Both the position numbers and the translations under genes were made by a program. From the IMG/VR virus record IMGVR_UViG_3300037634_001513, positions 1 to 25,411 of that record: 25,411 nucleotides of DNA; one strand, 5' to 3'. The stretch's first letter is position 1, and each line of letters begins with the position of its first letter. Below the pieces are notes generated by a model. That model searched no databases, had not been told where the DNA came from, and saw only the letters and a list, made by a program, of their open reading frames with translations. Shown one piece after another: positions 9,684 through 18,013 of the stretch. This DNA is from a virus (Duplodnaviria > Caudoviricetes).

Positions 9684-10357
9684 TAAGTGCTCCTTTTCGG
9701 TTTGCGTCCGGGTGTAGGAATACCGTTTGTGTCCTTCAATGTAGACTTAAAGTCAGTAACCATATCACCCATTGCCCCTAGTTGTTTCAGTGAAGTCTGA
9801 CGTGATTCTGAAAGACCAGCCTCAGCACTACTAATCATACTTTGTGCCTTACCTAATCCAGCAGCTTGTATACCTGTTTTCTGTATAGATTAACTTGTTA
9901 ACGTATCGTTAATCGCATTACCTGCTAAACGGCCTTCTCTGTTAATCTCACCAGCTGTAGTCTCTTGTATAGACACAGGTGTACCAGTTGTTAAGTCAAC
10001 ACCACCACCAGCAAACCTAGCTCTTTGTGAGGCTAATGTTCTACGTAGCCTACGTTGGCGCTCTGCGTCCTCTACAGCAGCTTGTGTTCTTACTCTCTGT
10101 GCATCCACATCAGCTTGCTGCATCTCCACGCGTGTGGCCTCCATTTGGGCGCGTGAGGCTGCTACTTGTGCGTCATATGCAGCATCAGCTTGAGACATAC
10201 CTTCGAACATTGAAAACGCTGTACCAGCCAAGCTAAGGCCTGATGCTATTGTACCGAAGCTTACTCCTGCAATCCCTGCGGTTGCGATCATACCTGCACC
10301 AGCCGCAGCACTTGCTCCACTTGCCAATATACTTCCTAATATTATAGCCTCTGCCAT
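9683..10357 (-). CDS. Internal virion protein, T7 gp14 position; 224-codon frame interrupted by in-frame TAA at 9892-9890
   Basis: Gly/Ala-rich hydrophobic N-terminus, then Q/A/R coiled coil and RARFAGGGVDL..GTP, typical of the small ejection protein. The frame continues for 68 sense codons after the TAA and ends at TAA 9685-9683, overlapping the next ATG. Confidence 0.7.
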
Positions 10358-12342
10358 TAACTTACCCTTACTGCAAAGTGCGTTGCCAACACGTTTAATT
10401 CTAGTGGCACTTCCTGTGTTATCTCAGGTTGCGCCTCTCTTCCTGCTCCACCAATATACACCTTTTGCCACTTACTATAAAGCGTAGCGTTTCCTTCAGT
10501 ATATTCAGAAGCAAATTCTTCTAATGCTGGTTTACTTACTTGATCGCCATTTTTAACAATGAACTCCCTAGATTGATAAACACGAACATTAGCAAACACA
10601 GGATTCTTAAACTCACCTGCCCAGCTTTGACCTTGTATTTGTATCTCTAAAGGTAGATGTTTAACCCTAGCAAAGAAAGCTAGTCCAGCCTCTAACTTAG
10701 ATACACTCTCTGAGCTTGTTAAGCTACCTGCACTAGGTGTTTCTTTTTCTAATATTTGGTCGTTACCAATAACCCAAACTTCTTGTCCGTTTAAATAGTC
10801 AAGCCCTGACCAGTTGTTAGTATCTGTGTCAGTCTGTGTTAAAGATGAATCAAGACGGTTATCAGCATTAAGAACTTCCAACTGCCTAACAGTTTGACCA
10901 GCTATAGTTCGCTGAACAATAAAGAATGTTTTGTTTCCTGATACAGCAACGTCCTCGAACAAGCCTTGTGTTTCGAACAATGTCCAAGCAAGCAAGCTCT
11001 GCTCACGTAAAGAGTTAAGAACAGCACAAGTACCATCACCGTTAACCATATAAAGATAATTAGAGGGATGAGACTCAGTTGAGCTTCGTATGTCCATTGC
11101 TACAGGATTAGCTATTAAATGCTGACTAAACACTGAAACATTAGGAGCGTTAAAAGATTGCTCTGTCTCGTTAAAGACAAACTGTCTGACGATACGCCCA
11201 GTAGAAGAGTCGTTAGGGTCTTCACGTTCTACGAATATGACTGCCCCGTCTAAAGACACTGGCCTAACTTTAGATGAACCGTGGCGTGTTTCTTTACTTA
11301 CCTGATCTGCAATATTTGACGGTGTTATAGCATTGTCAATATTCCCTCTAATGGAATACTCACCACCAGAAGTTAATACAGTTAATGAGTTACCAGAATA
11401 CACGTTACGTATGATGTTAACCTTATCATCGTCAATAGTAACATCGATAGCCTCATCATCTAAGCTTTCACCAATATCTAAATTAAAGAACTCGCCAATC
11501 TTGCTCATAAGGATTGTCTGAGGTCTTTGACTTAAACCTCCTAATACAAGGCGTGACTTGTGGAATGTACCTGACCTTGCCCAGCCCCTAGTGGCTGACA
11601 TTACAGGCTCATAACCAGATTCTACTTCCCAGTCTCCTGAGCTAATAGCATCAGTCCCAGCCAACTCAACACGAACAATTCCATTAACATGAGATGTGTC
11701 TGTAAACTCAGTAATAAGGATACGGCCACCCTTAGATGTATTAATGAACTGTCCTACATCAGCAGATGTAAACGGGGTTCCTGTAGCTGTTACTGTTACA
11801 ATACCAGTTGCAACATCTGGTGTGATTGAACCCGCTGGGTTTGTCTTAGTTAACGCACCATAAGCAAACGGTGGTATGTTCTCAAATGTAATGCTTGTAG
11901 CTGTCCATACAGTGTCAGACGTTCTTGATACCTCTACAGGCTGTAGGTCTTTATGAAATAATATTAATGAGTCAGCTGACTGTGTCCAGTTTATTTCACT
12001 GAGTATGTCATCAGTAATACCATCTATAGGTGAGGAAGTAACTGATGTCTGCAATGTCTTACTATCCGTACGGTAAACGTCCATACGGCCAGCTGTAAAC
12101 ACTAAGATATAAGTCTGTTCATCATTAAACTGAAATGGGATCAACCTTGCTTTGTTATTGTTGTTTACGCCATCAAAGTAGTCTAAGCCTTCTCTACGGA
12201 AAGCTCCACCCTGTGGTCTCACATAAACATTACGAAGTTTATCCGCGCCTTGCGCGTAGTCATCAATATCAACCCTACCTAGTAAAGTAGGATCAAACTC
12301 ACCAGATACGTATGATGCTTGTACTTTTCTTATTTTTGCCAT
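10357..12342 (-). CDS. Tail tubular protein B (nozzle, T7 gp12-like)
   Basis: N-terminal QASYVSGEFDP...GRVD...NVYVRPQGGAFRREG pattern, beta-propeller-like composition, follows tubular A. Confidence 0.85.
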   Translation of the reverse strand: MAKIRKVQASYVSGEFDPTLLGRVDIDDYAQGADKLRNVYVRPQGGAFRREGLDYFDGVNNNNKARLIPFQFNDEQTYILVFTAGRMDVYRTDSKTLQTSVTSSPIDGITDDILSEINWTQSADSLILFHKDLQPVEVSRTSDTVWTATSITFENIPPFAYGALTKTNPAGSITPDVATGIVTVTATGTPFTSADVGQFINTSKGGRILITEFTDTSHVNGIVRVELAGTDAISSGDWEVESGYEPVMSATRGWARSGTFHKSRLVLGGLSQRPQTILMSKIGEFFNLDIGESLDDEAIDVTIDDDKVNIIRNVYSGNSLTVLTSGGEYSIRGNIDNAITPSNIADQVSKETRHGSSKVRPVSLDGAVIFVEREDPNDSSTGRIVRQFVFNETEQSFNAPNVSVFSQHLIANPVAMDIRSSTESHPSNYLYMVNGDGTCAVLNSLREQSLLAWTLFETQGLFEDVAVSGNKTFFIVQRTIAGQTVRQLEVLNADNRLDSSLTQTDTDTNNWSGLDYLNGQEVWVIGNDQILEKETPSAGSLTSSESVSKLEAGLAFFARVKHLPLEIQIQGQSWAGEFKNPVFANVRVYQSREFIVKNGDQVSKPALEEFASEYTEGNATLYSKWQKVYIGGAGREAQPEITQEVPLELNVLATHFAVRVS

Positions 12343-12911
12343 TATCCATCAGTTCCTCTTATAGCAGTTAGAGAAAGCTCGTTCTCAGATATAGTATTGT
12401 TAGGTGAGTTCTGTGAGTCAGTTGCTCTAGCTTCCCTCATAGAAAGCAAATAATTACGTTGGTACAGCTGAGCCATATTCTCGTCCTGTACTAATGAAAG
12501 GCTAAGTATCTCAGCCATTCTAAACTCTATAACTCTAACCAAGTAAGCTGGATAAAACTCTTCACCGGGGTCTTTCTGATAAAGCAGTTCAATATCATCC
12601 TGATCTGACAAAAGCTTATCTTTAAGTATGCGGTATCTGTTTCCTAGGTTATCCGTCTTAAGAACGCGGATGTAGCCAGAAGGCAGTTGGAATTCATTTT
12701 TAAAATCAAATAAAGGTGTGTTAGATGTTTCAGCTAGTACCTCTTGAAACACGCTACATGACCAAGGATGCTTAGAAAGGATAGCGTCTTTTGTTGTTTT
12801 GTACATAGCCTTACACATAATAGCTTCTCTTGTAGAATCCTCAAAGCTGTTAATTGTAGAAGCGTTTGCCATCAGTAAGGCTGTATTGCAAATTGTTAGG
12901 TCTGATGACAT
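12342..12911 (-). CDS. Tail tubular protein A (adaptor, T7 gp11-like)
   Basis: ICNTALL...I.SFED...HPW...FQLP pattern, 189 aa, position after capsid genes; AGGAG SD. Confidence 0.85.
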   Translation of the reverse strand: MSSDLTICNTALLMANASTINSFEDSTREAIMCKAMYKTTKDAILSKHPWSCSVFQEVLAETSNTPLFDFKNEFQLPSGYIRVLKTDNLGNRYRILKDKLLSDQDDIELLYQKDPGEEFYPAYLVRVIEFRMAEILSLSLVQDENMAQLYQRNYLLSMREARATDSQNSPNNTISENELSLTAIRGTDG

Positions 12912-12933
12912 CGTTGTTACTCCTAAGTTTATT

Positions 12934-12975
12934 AAAAAATGCTAGAGGGGAAAAGGGGGGGCTGACCCCTCTAGC
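12934..12975 (-). terminator. Intrinsic terminator after the capsid operon (T7 T-phi position)
   Basis: Minus strand GCTAGAGGGG-(15 nt loop)-CCCCTCTAGC followed by ATTTTTT; perfect 10-bp stem. Confidence 0.8.
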
Positions 12976-12997
12976 TTAAAGCGTGAGACAGAAACGC

Positions 12998-13276
12998 TTA
13001 TTCAGTATCTGTAGTAGTGAATGCCTCAACGTCAGAGACGTCAACTACACCACCAGAGTTCGCGTTTACAAGCATACGTCCGTATAGCGGAGTACCATCT
13101 GTATCAGCGTTTACTGTAATTACGTCACCAACCTTAACAAGGTCTGAAGCATCGTTAAAATAACCTGCTGTAGAAATTGCTGTGTCAGTGTCGATTGAAG
13201 TGTATGACCAGCGACGTGGTAAACCTGAGTTTAGTCCTGCGTCTGCTAGTGCAATATTTGAGCGATCAAAAGCCAT
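12998..13276 (-). CDS. Small head protein (putative decoration/cement), 92 aa
   Basis: Directly downstream of the capsid gene and upstream of the terminator; beta-rich (WSYTS.D...AGYFN...VKVGDVI); AAAGGA SD. Confidence 0.6.
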   Translation of the reverse strand: MAFDRSNIALADAGLNSGLPRRWSYTSIDTDTAISTAGYFNDASDLVKVGDVITVNADTDGTPLYGRMLVNANSGGVVDVSDVEAFTTTDTE

Positions 13277-13291
13277 TTTTTAAATCCTTTC

Positions 13292-14119
13292 TTAAGATTC
13301 GTCTGTAGTGATTTCAGCAACACCTGAGTCTTGGATAACAACTCCACCAAGAGATAAGTAACCAGATACTCTGTGAGCGCCGTAACTAGGCTCCCAGTCA
13401 ACAGTAATCTTAGGTTCCATATTCATAGCAAGTCCAACCGCTGACTTCTGCCAAGCGTAGTTCTTACGGTCGTCGCCAGTTTTAGCAAGACCACCTTCTG
13501 CACGATCACCAATTTTAGTGATGTCAAAACCAAAGTATGATGGAAGCTTCCCATCAGTCAAAGGCTTCTTGAAGTTAACGTCAATATCCTTAACGTCAGA
13601 CTCTTGCAAGAAGTGGTAGAATCCGCTGTCGTGACAAAGCCAGTTACGCATATCATCAGGAACATCTGAGCCAAGAGCTTCAGCAGCACCTGCAAAATGT
13701 GAAACGTTTAGGTTATCACCACCTGCTGCAACAGTCTTTGTGAAACTGTGTGCTGCTAGTGCATCAATGATAGCTTGGTCAACACGACGACCCATAGCCA
13801 TACCAAATGATTCAACAAGCTCTTGACGCTCGTCAAAACCAACTTGGTTGTTCAAGAAGATGTCAGTCATTTCAGAAACAACGTAGTTTTCAACTGTCGC
13901 TACTGCTGGTGTGTGACTTGCATCTGCTAGTGGGATTGGTGTTTGGATAGCAGTACGTTTTTGTGTTGTTACAGCACCAAGGACTTGGAACTGAACTTTT
14001 TGTGCGCCTTTCGCATCTTTAATACGAACCTTGCTGCGAAGCTTACCTGAGTCTTGAAAGGCTTGGATAGCTTCATTCTCGAATTTTTTTACGAGAACTT
14101 GTGATAGATTGATAGACAT
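13292..14119 (-). CDS. Major capsid protein
   Basis: Follows the scaffold; GGAGG SD; VKKFENEA..AFQ...KLR and FGMAMGRRVDQAII patterns typical of podoviral capsid proteins; 275 aa. Confidence 0.85.
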   Translation of the reverse strand: MSINLSQVLVKKFENEAIQAFQDSGKLRSKVRIKDAKGAQKVQFQVLGAVTTQKRTAIQTPIPLADASHTPAVATVENYVVSEMTDIFLNNQVGFDERQELVESFGMAMGRRVDQAIIDALAAHSFTKTVAAGGDNLNVSHFAGAAEALGSDVPDDMRNWLCHDSGFYHFLQESDVKDIDVNFKKPLTDGKLPSYFGFDITKIGDRAEGGLAKTGDDRKNYAWQKSAVGLAMNMEPKITVDWEPSYGAHRVSGYLSLGGVVIQDSGVAEITTDES

Positions 14120-14164
14120 GATTGTCCTCCAATAAAGTTAAGTTAAATAAAATACAATACTTTC

Positions 14165-14262
14165 GTACGGGTATTCCTCAACTAATGGAGGGCCGTTACT
14201 TGCAATTAATGGCTTGCCGGGCCATCTAACTACAAGGGGGCTTTAAACAAAGGTATTCCCTT
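14165..14262 (-). ncRNA. Candidate cis-regulatory structured RNA leader of the capsid gene (three hairpins)
   Basis: Three consecutive stems with G-U pairs on the minus strand; GGAATACC occurs twice, each time in an internal loop. Confidence 0.55.
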
Positions 14263-14266
14263 TTCG

Positions 14267-14298
14267 TTATATGGTATCATAGTACCGCAAAGACAAGC
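14267..14298 (-). promoter_or_regulatory. Putative late promoter GCTTGTCTT-N16-CATATAA upstream of the capsid gene
   Basis: Both boxes and the spacing are identical to 24954-24985; lies just downstream of the scaffold terminator. Confidence 0.7.
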
Positions 14299-14313
14299 TT
14301 TAATCAAGGGCAT

Positions 14314-14342
14314 AAAAAAACCCCACCAGAGGCAGGGCTTTT
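14314..14342 (-). terminator. Intrinsic terminator after the scaffold gene
   Basis: Minus strand AAAAGCCCTGCC-TCT-GGTGGGGTTTTTTT; stem uses G-U pairs, which fits the minus-strand RNA. Confidence 0.8.
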
Positions 14343-14363
14343 GTGTTTGTTTTAATTGTGTTG

Positions 14364-15116
14364 TTATTCAGAACCGGTTTGTAATTTTACAGCAGCGTCC
14401 ATCATCTGTTCATACTTAGCTTGGGCTGGCCTATCTATGTCAAAGTTAGGATTGCCTTTGCGCAATGCCACAGCTTCTGCCATAAGCTCTTGATATGTCT
14501 GCTTAGGAGCAAACGCCTGTGCGTCAACTGGAATATCTGCTTCACCACGCATCTTAGCCATCTTCTCAAGGAACTGTACACCCTCAGCTGTCTGACCTAG
14601 TTGCTCTGCAATACCTTGCTCTTCTGGTGAAAGATACTTAGCAACAAACGCATTAGCTCGTGTGACAATGTCGTTTGCATTCGGGCCTAGCTTTTTCAGC
14701 TCTTCTCCAATATCAGTTATACCTTCCATTGAGGACTCTAAGTAAGTCTCAACTAAAGCATTAGCTTGGTCTTGTGAAAGGTTAAGTTCTTTAAACAAAG
14801 GAACCATCTTTTGATAAGTAGGGTCGTCGTCTAAGTTAATCTCAACTGACTTAAGTGCTTCATTCTCTGTGAAATCAAACTTGTACTCATCAGGAGCCTC
14901 GGGTGTTTTAGCAGTGAACTTACCGTATAGTTCTTTGTATCCAGCCTCAAGGTCTTCTGCTGACTTGTATTTGCCAGCATAAAGATACTCTTCAGTCTTT
15001 GTTGTTGTTTCAGATACATCTTTTGTTTCCGGTGTTAAATCTACTGTTGTAGAGCTTTCTGGCTCTGTATTCGTTGACACATCAATCATTGTTGATGGGG
15101 CTGTCTCTTCACTCAT
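14364..15116 (-). CDS. Capsid assembly scaffolding protein
   Basis: Acidic T/E-rich N-terminus, AGKYKSAEDLEAGYKEL and APDEY motifs, directly upstream of the capsid gene; AGGAG SD. Confidence 0.8.
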   Translation of the reverse strand: MSEETAPSTMIDVSTNTEPESSTTVDLTPETKDVSETTTKTEEYLYAGKYKSAEDLEAGYKELYGKFTAKTPEAPDEYKFDFTENEALKSVEINLDDDPTYQKMVPLFKELNLSQDQANALVETYLESSMEGITDIGEELKKLGPNANDIVTRANAFVAKYLSPEEQGIAEQLGQTAEGVQFLEKMAKMRGEADIPVDAQAFAPKQTYQELMAEAVALRKGNPNFDIDRPAQAKYEQMMDAAVKLQTGSE

Positions 15117-15128
15117 ATCTATCTCCTA

Positions 15129-15854
15129 TTAAGTTATTTGTGATGTTATTACGGCTATACGCTTGTCTCCCTCTTCTAAACCAATCTTCCTAGGTTTCCC
15201 TTTTGTTAGAAAATAACTGCTAGAAGTAGCTACAATATCAGAACCGCCTAGCTCAAACTGAGCATCCTGATTAGATGTTATTATAATATATTCAGTACCC
15301 GAATCAAAGTCGAAACTTGTTCTCACAGAAGAGTCTCCAATAGAGAGCTGTGTCTTAGACTGTCTGTGTTTAGGGGCCTCATGTATCTTGCCAAGAGCAG
15401 TCATAGTAGACCCTGACCACTCTTCTATAAATAATGTTGGGTTATCTGCCACTGCGTCACCACCTCCTCCGGATGCTAATACCCCCGCTTGCGAGAGAAA
15501 GTTAAAGTATGTAATTAATGGGTTATCCAAAAATGGGTCAGCCCCGTCTGCTCTAATTAAGTTACCACTGTTAACCTCAAACTTACCTGTTGATTTAAGA
15601 GTGTTAAGCTCCCAATTGTCAAATAAAGAAACAGTTAAAAATGTTTGGATGCCGGGTGATAATGTAGCTAAACCTTCGCCATTGGCTATTGTATCCCAAA
15701 CTATTCCAACTTCTGATGATTGAGCGTCTTTTATTGCTGTGTACAAATCATTTACAGCAAGAGAGTCAAGGCTAGAATCTATGTCAATACGCTGGGCTTG
15801 GAAGTCAAATCCAAAACTCTTACCTCCTACTATTGCTGTATAGTTAACTGCCAT
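15129..15854 (-). CDS. Two-domain putative virion structural/adaptor protein (241 aa)
   Basis: N-domain shares a motif with the two upstream proteins; SGGG linker; C-domain aligns by eye with the 105-aa ORF at 21465-21782. Confidence 0.7.
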   Translation of the reverse strand: MAVNYTAIVGGKSFGFDFQAQRIDIDSSLDSLAVNDLYTAIKDAQSSEVGIVWDTIANGEGLATLSPGIQTFLTVSLFDNWELNTLKSTGKFEVNSGNLIRADGADPFLDNPLITYFNFLSQAGVLASGGGGDAVADNPTLFIEEWSGSTMTALGKIHEAPKHRQSKTQLSIGDSSVRTSFDFDSGTEYIIITSNQDAQFELGGSDIVATSSSYFLTKGKPRKIGLEEGDKRIAVITSQIT

Positions 15855-18004
15855 TATTCATCACTCACTAAAATTAAAGTGGTATCAAAACCACTAGATG
15901 TTATTGTCCCTGCAATTTGCCCAGTTTTATAAAGTGGTGCTGAAGTGCCCCTTCGAGCAACGCCAGAAATAACCTCATCACCTGTGTAATTGTAAGTAGT
16001 CGTAACTACACCAGAAGAGTTTGTCAGTGCGTTAACTAGCTGTGTCCCACTAGAATCCTCAATATAGACTCTTGCGTCTTGTATGGCTGACCCGCTACTA
16101 TCCTGCACTGTTACCGTTAAATTTACTATGTTTTGTATATTGACCTCACCAGCCGCCGTGCCAGCTTCGGATGTGCTTAATGTGGAGTTTGTTGCGGTAA
16201 TAGTTAATGTGTTGCTACCATCGTTTGTTGTGTCGCCAGATATTGTAACACCGTCAAATGTAAGTGTGTCATTGTCGCCCGTGTTTATTGCAGTATCGCC
16301 TGTTACGGTGCAGCCTGTTAAAGTTACGGCCTCATTAATATCTAAGTCACCATTAACTGTAAGGTTGTCTATCATGTTTCTGCTATCTCGCATGTTTAAA
16401 ACACCAGTCCCACCAAACACCAATGTTTTTCCGCTTGCGCTTCCCACCTTACCACTAGTATCTAAGATTAAATCCCAATCATCAGCAAACGTGAATGTTA
16501 CGCCATCTTGTGAAGTTAGAAACTCTTGCTCATCCATATTAGCGTCCAAGGCTAATTGCGATTGACAGTAATCATATATCTCGGACAGAGTTCTTTCGCG
16601 CTGTACAGTTACAGTCTTAGCCGCAAAGTCTATTGTAATAAATGTTAATGCCGCCGCTGCTGCCTCGCTTAATACAGTGACTGCATTTGCTGGCAATCGG
16701 TATTCTTGCTTGATAGGCTCGGATAATGAGCTTTGAAATTCTTGATATTCATAGCCGTAACCGCGCAAACGAATATCAAAAGGTGACTTTGTAGTAGCTG
16801 CTGCGTTGTGCGCTTTATCAAAAAATACAGCTTCAATTTGTGTTACAGCACCACTAGAGCTAGTTTGTATGCCTGTTTGAATATCCCCGTCAGTGTCATA
16901 CACTGCCACTTTAACACCTGTTAAGCCTGTACCGCTTGTATCGGCAACTGTGTAGTTAATAGACTTTGCTTGTGTATATTGCCCTTGGTTAGCTGTAATT
17001 TTACCATCTGCAAACGTGGTGCAATCTGTAAACGTAAACAATAACCCAGAGTTTGCGCTTCCAGCATCAATGATATTTGTAAGCGAGTCAGCAAAAGTTA
17101 CGTTAGTAAACGCGCCATTAAAAGCGCCAAATGACTTGATTGCTGTATTGCCTTGAAAAAAGAAAGCATCGTCAATCGGGCGCGTAAAAACACCACCAAG
17201 CGACCAAGCAATACCACCGCTTAAGTTGCCGCTAAACCTAGTAGAAACTAGCTCAGAAGCGCTGTTATATAAACGACCACCCATAGCACCGTCGCAAATG
17301 CAGCCAATCAATCGCATTGGGCCGGGGCTTCTGATAAATGGGCTGTTACCGTTATCATAAGATTCTATCAAGCAGCCGTAAAAATTTAATATAGGCCCGT
17401 TAGTGTTTGTAGCATTTTGGTTAGTGAACATAAGCGTGTCATTTGCTACGTCAAACGTAATCTGACAACCGCCTATTGTTTCGGTTGAGTCGTTCGCCTC
17501 GCCACCAACCAACCGCCCAAACTGCAAGGCGCAACCGTCTGCAATAGGATATGTTGATATAAAACCCGATCCTGTTTGCGTGGATTCTGTGACTAAAGAT
17601 GAATTTACATCAGCTAAAAAAGCATCAGATGCAAGCTCAAAGTCTCGCCCACGCATGTGATAACTTGAACCTGTTGCCCGCATAACTGAGCCTCCAAGTG
17701 CGTTATTACAATCATCTAAATTAGTTGAAATAACAAAGCTATCACCACTAGAAGGAGCAGAACTAAACCCGCCATCCGTTACGGTTACAGTTGTAGAGGT
17801 TGCGCTTTCAATAAAGCGTATTTCCCAGTCGCCAGTATTAGAGCCGTTTTTCCACATAAGAAAACGACCCGCATCACCACTAGCAGGTGCATCGCCGCTA
17901 CTATATTGAATTACGGTTGCTGTGTTGCCAGAGTTAGCCGTGAAAGCTTTATAAGTGCCACTTATTGTTATTCGCGTACTGGTGGATGTGATAGTCGCTG
18001 CCAT
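15854..18004 (-). CDS. Putative virion surface/appendage protein with beta-helix-like and two Ig/carboxypeptidase-regulatory-like domains (716 aa)
   Basis: S/T/G/N-rich; repeated V.D.SG..(L/I)....V...D..G......T.SSG.V units; short beta-solenoid-like repeats (NLTVNGDL, GCTVTGDT, GVTISGDT). Confidence 0.65.
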   Translation of the reverse strand: MAATITSTSTRITISGTYKAFTANSGNTATVIQYSSGDAPASGDAGRFLMWKNGSNTGDWEIRFIESATSTTVTVTDGGFSSAPSSGDSFVISTNLDDCNNALGGSVMRATGSSYHMRGRDFELASDAFLADVNSSLVTESTQTGSGFISTYPIADGCALQFGRLVGGEANDSTETIGGCQITFDVANDTLMFTNQNATNTNGPILNFYGCLIESYDNGNSPFIRSPGPMRLIGCICDGAMGGRLYNSASELVSTRFSGNLSGGIAWSLGGVFTRPIDDAFFFQGNTAIKSFGAFNGAFTNVTFADSLTNIIDAGSANSGLLFTFTDCTTFADGKITANQGQYTQAKSINYTVADTSGTGLTGVKVAVYDTDGDIQTGIQTSSSGAVTQIEAVFFDKAHNAAATTKSPFDIRLRGYGYEYQEFQSSLSEPIKQEYRLPANAVTVLSEAAAAALTFITIDFAAKTVTVQRERTLSEIYDYCQSQLALDANMDEQEFLTSQDGVTFTFADDWDLILDTSGKVGSASGKTLVFGGTGVLNMRDSRNMIDNLTVNGDLDINEAVTLTGCTVTGDTAINTGDNDTLTFDGVTISGDTTNDGSNTLTITATNSTLSTSEAGTAAGEVNIQNIVNLTVTVQDSSGSAIQDARVYIEDSSGTQLVNALTNSSGVVTTTYNYTGDEVISGVARRGTSAPLYKTGQIAGTITSSGFDTTLILVSDE

Positions 18005-18013
18005 ATTACCTTC

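Noticed and set aside
9890-9892. Genome-wide stop-codon reassignment
   Set aside because: TAA is the ordinary terminator of most genes here, often in TAATG overlaps; only one internal instance was seen.
13277-13330. T7-style programmed frameshift extension of the capsid protein
   Set aside because: No slippery heptamer before the capsid stop; the next gene has its own SD and ATG.
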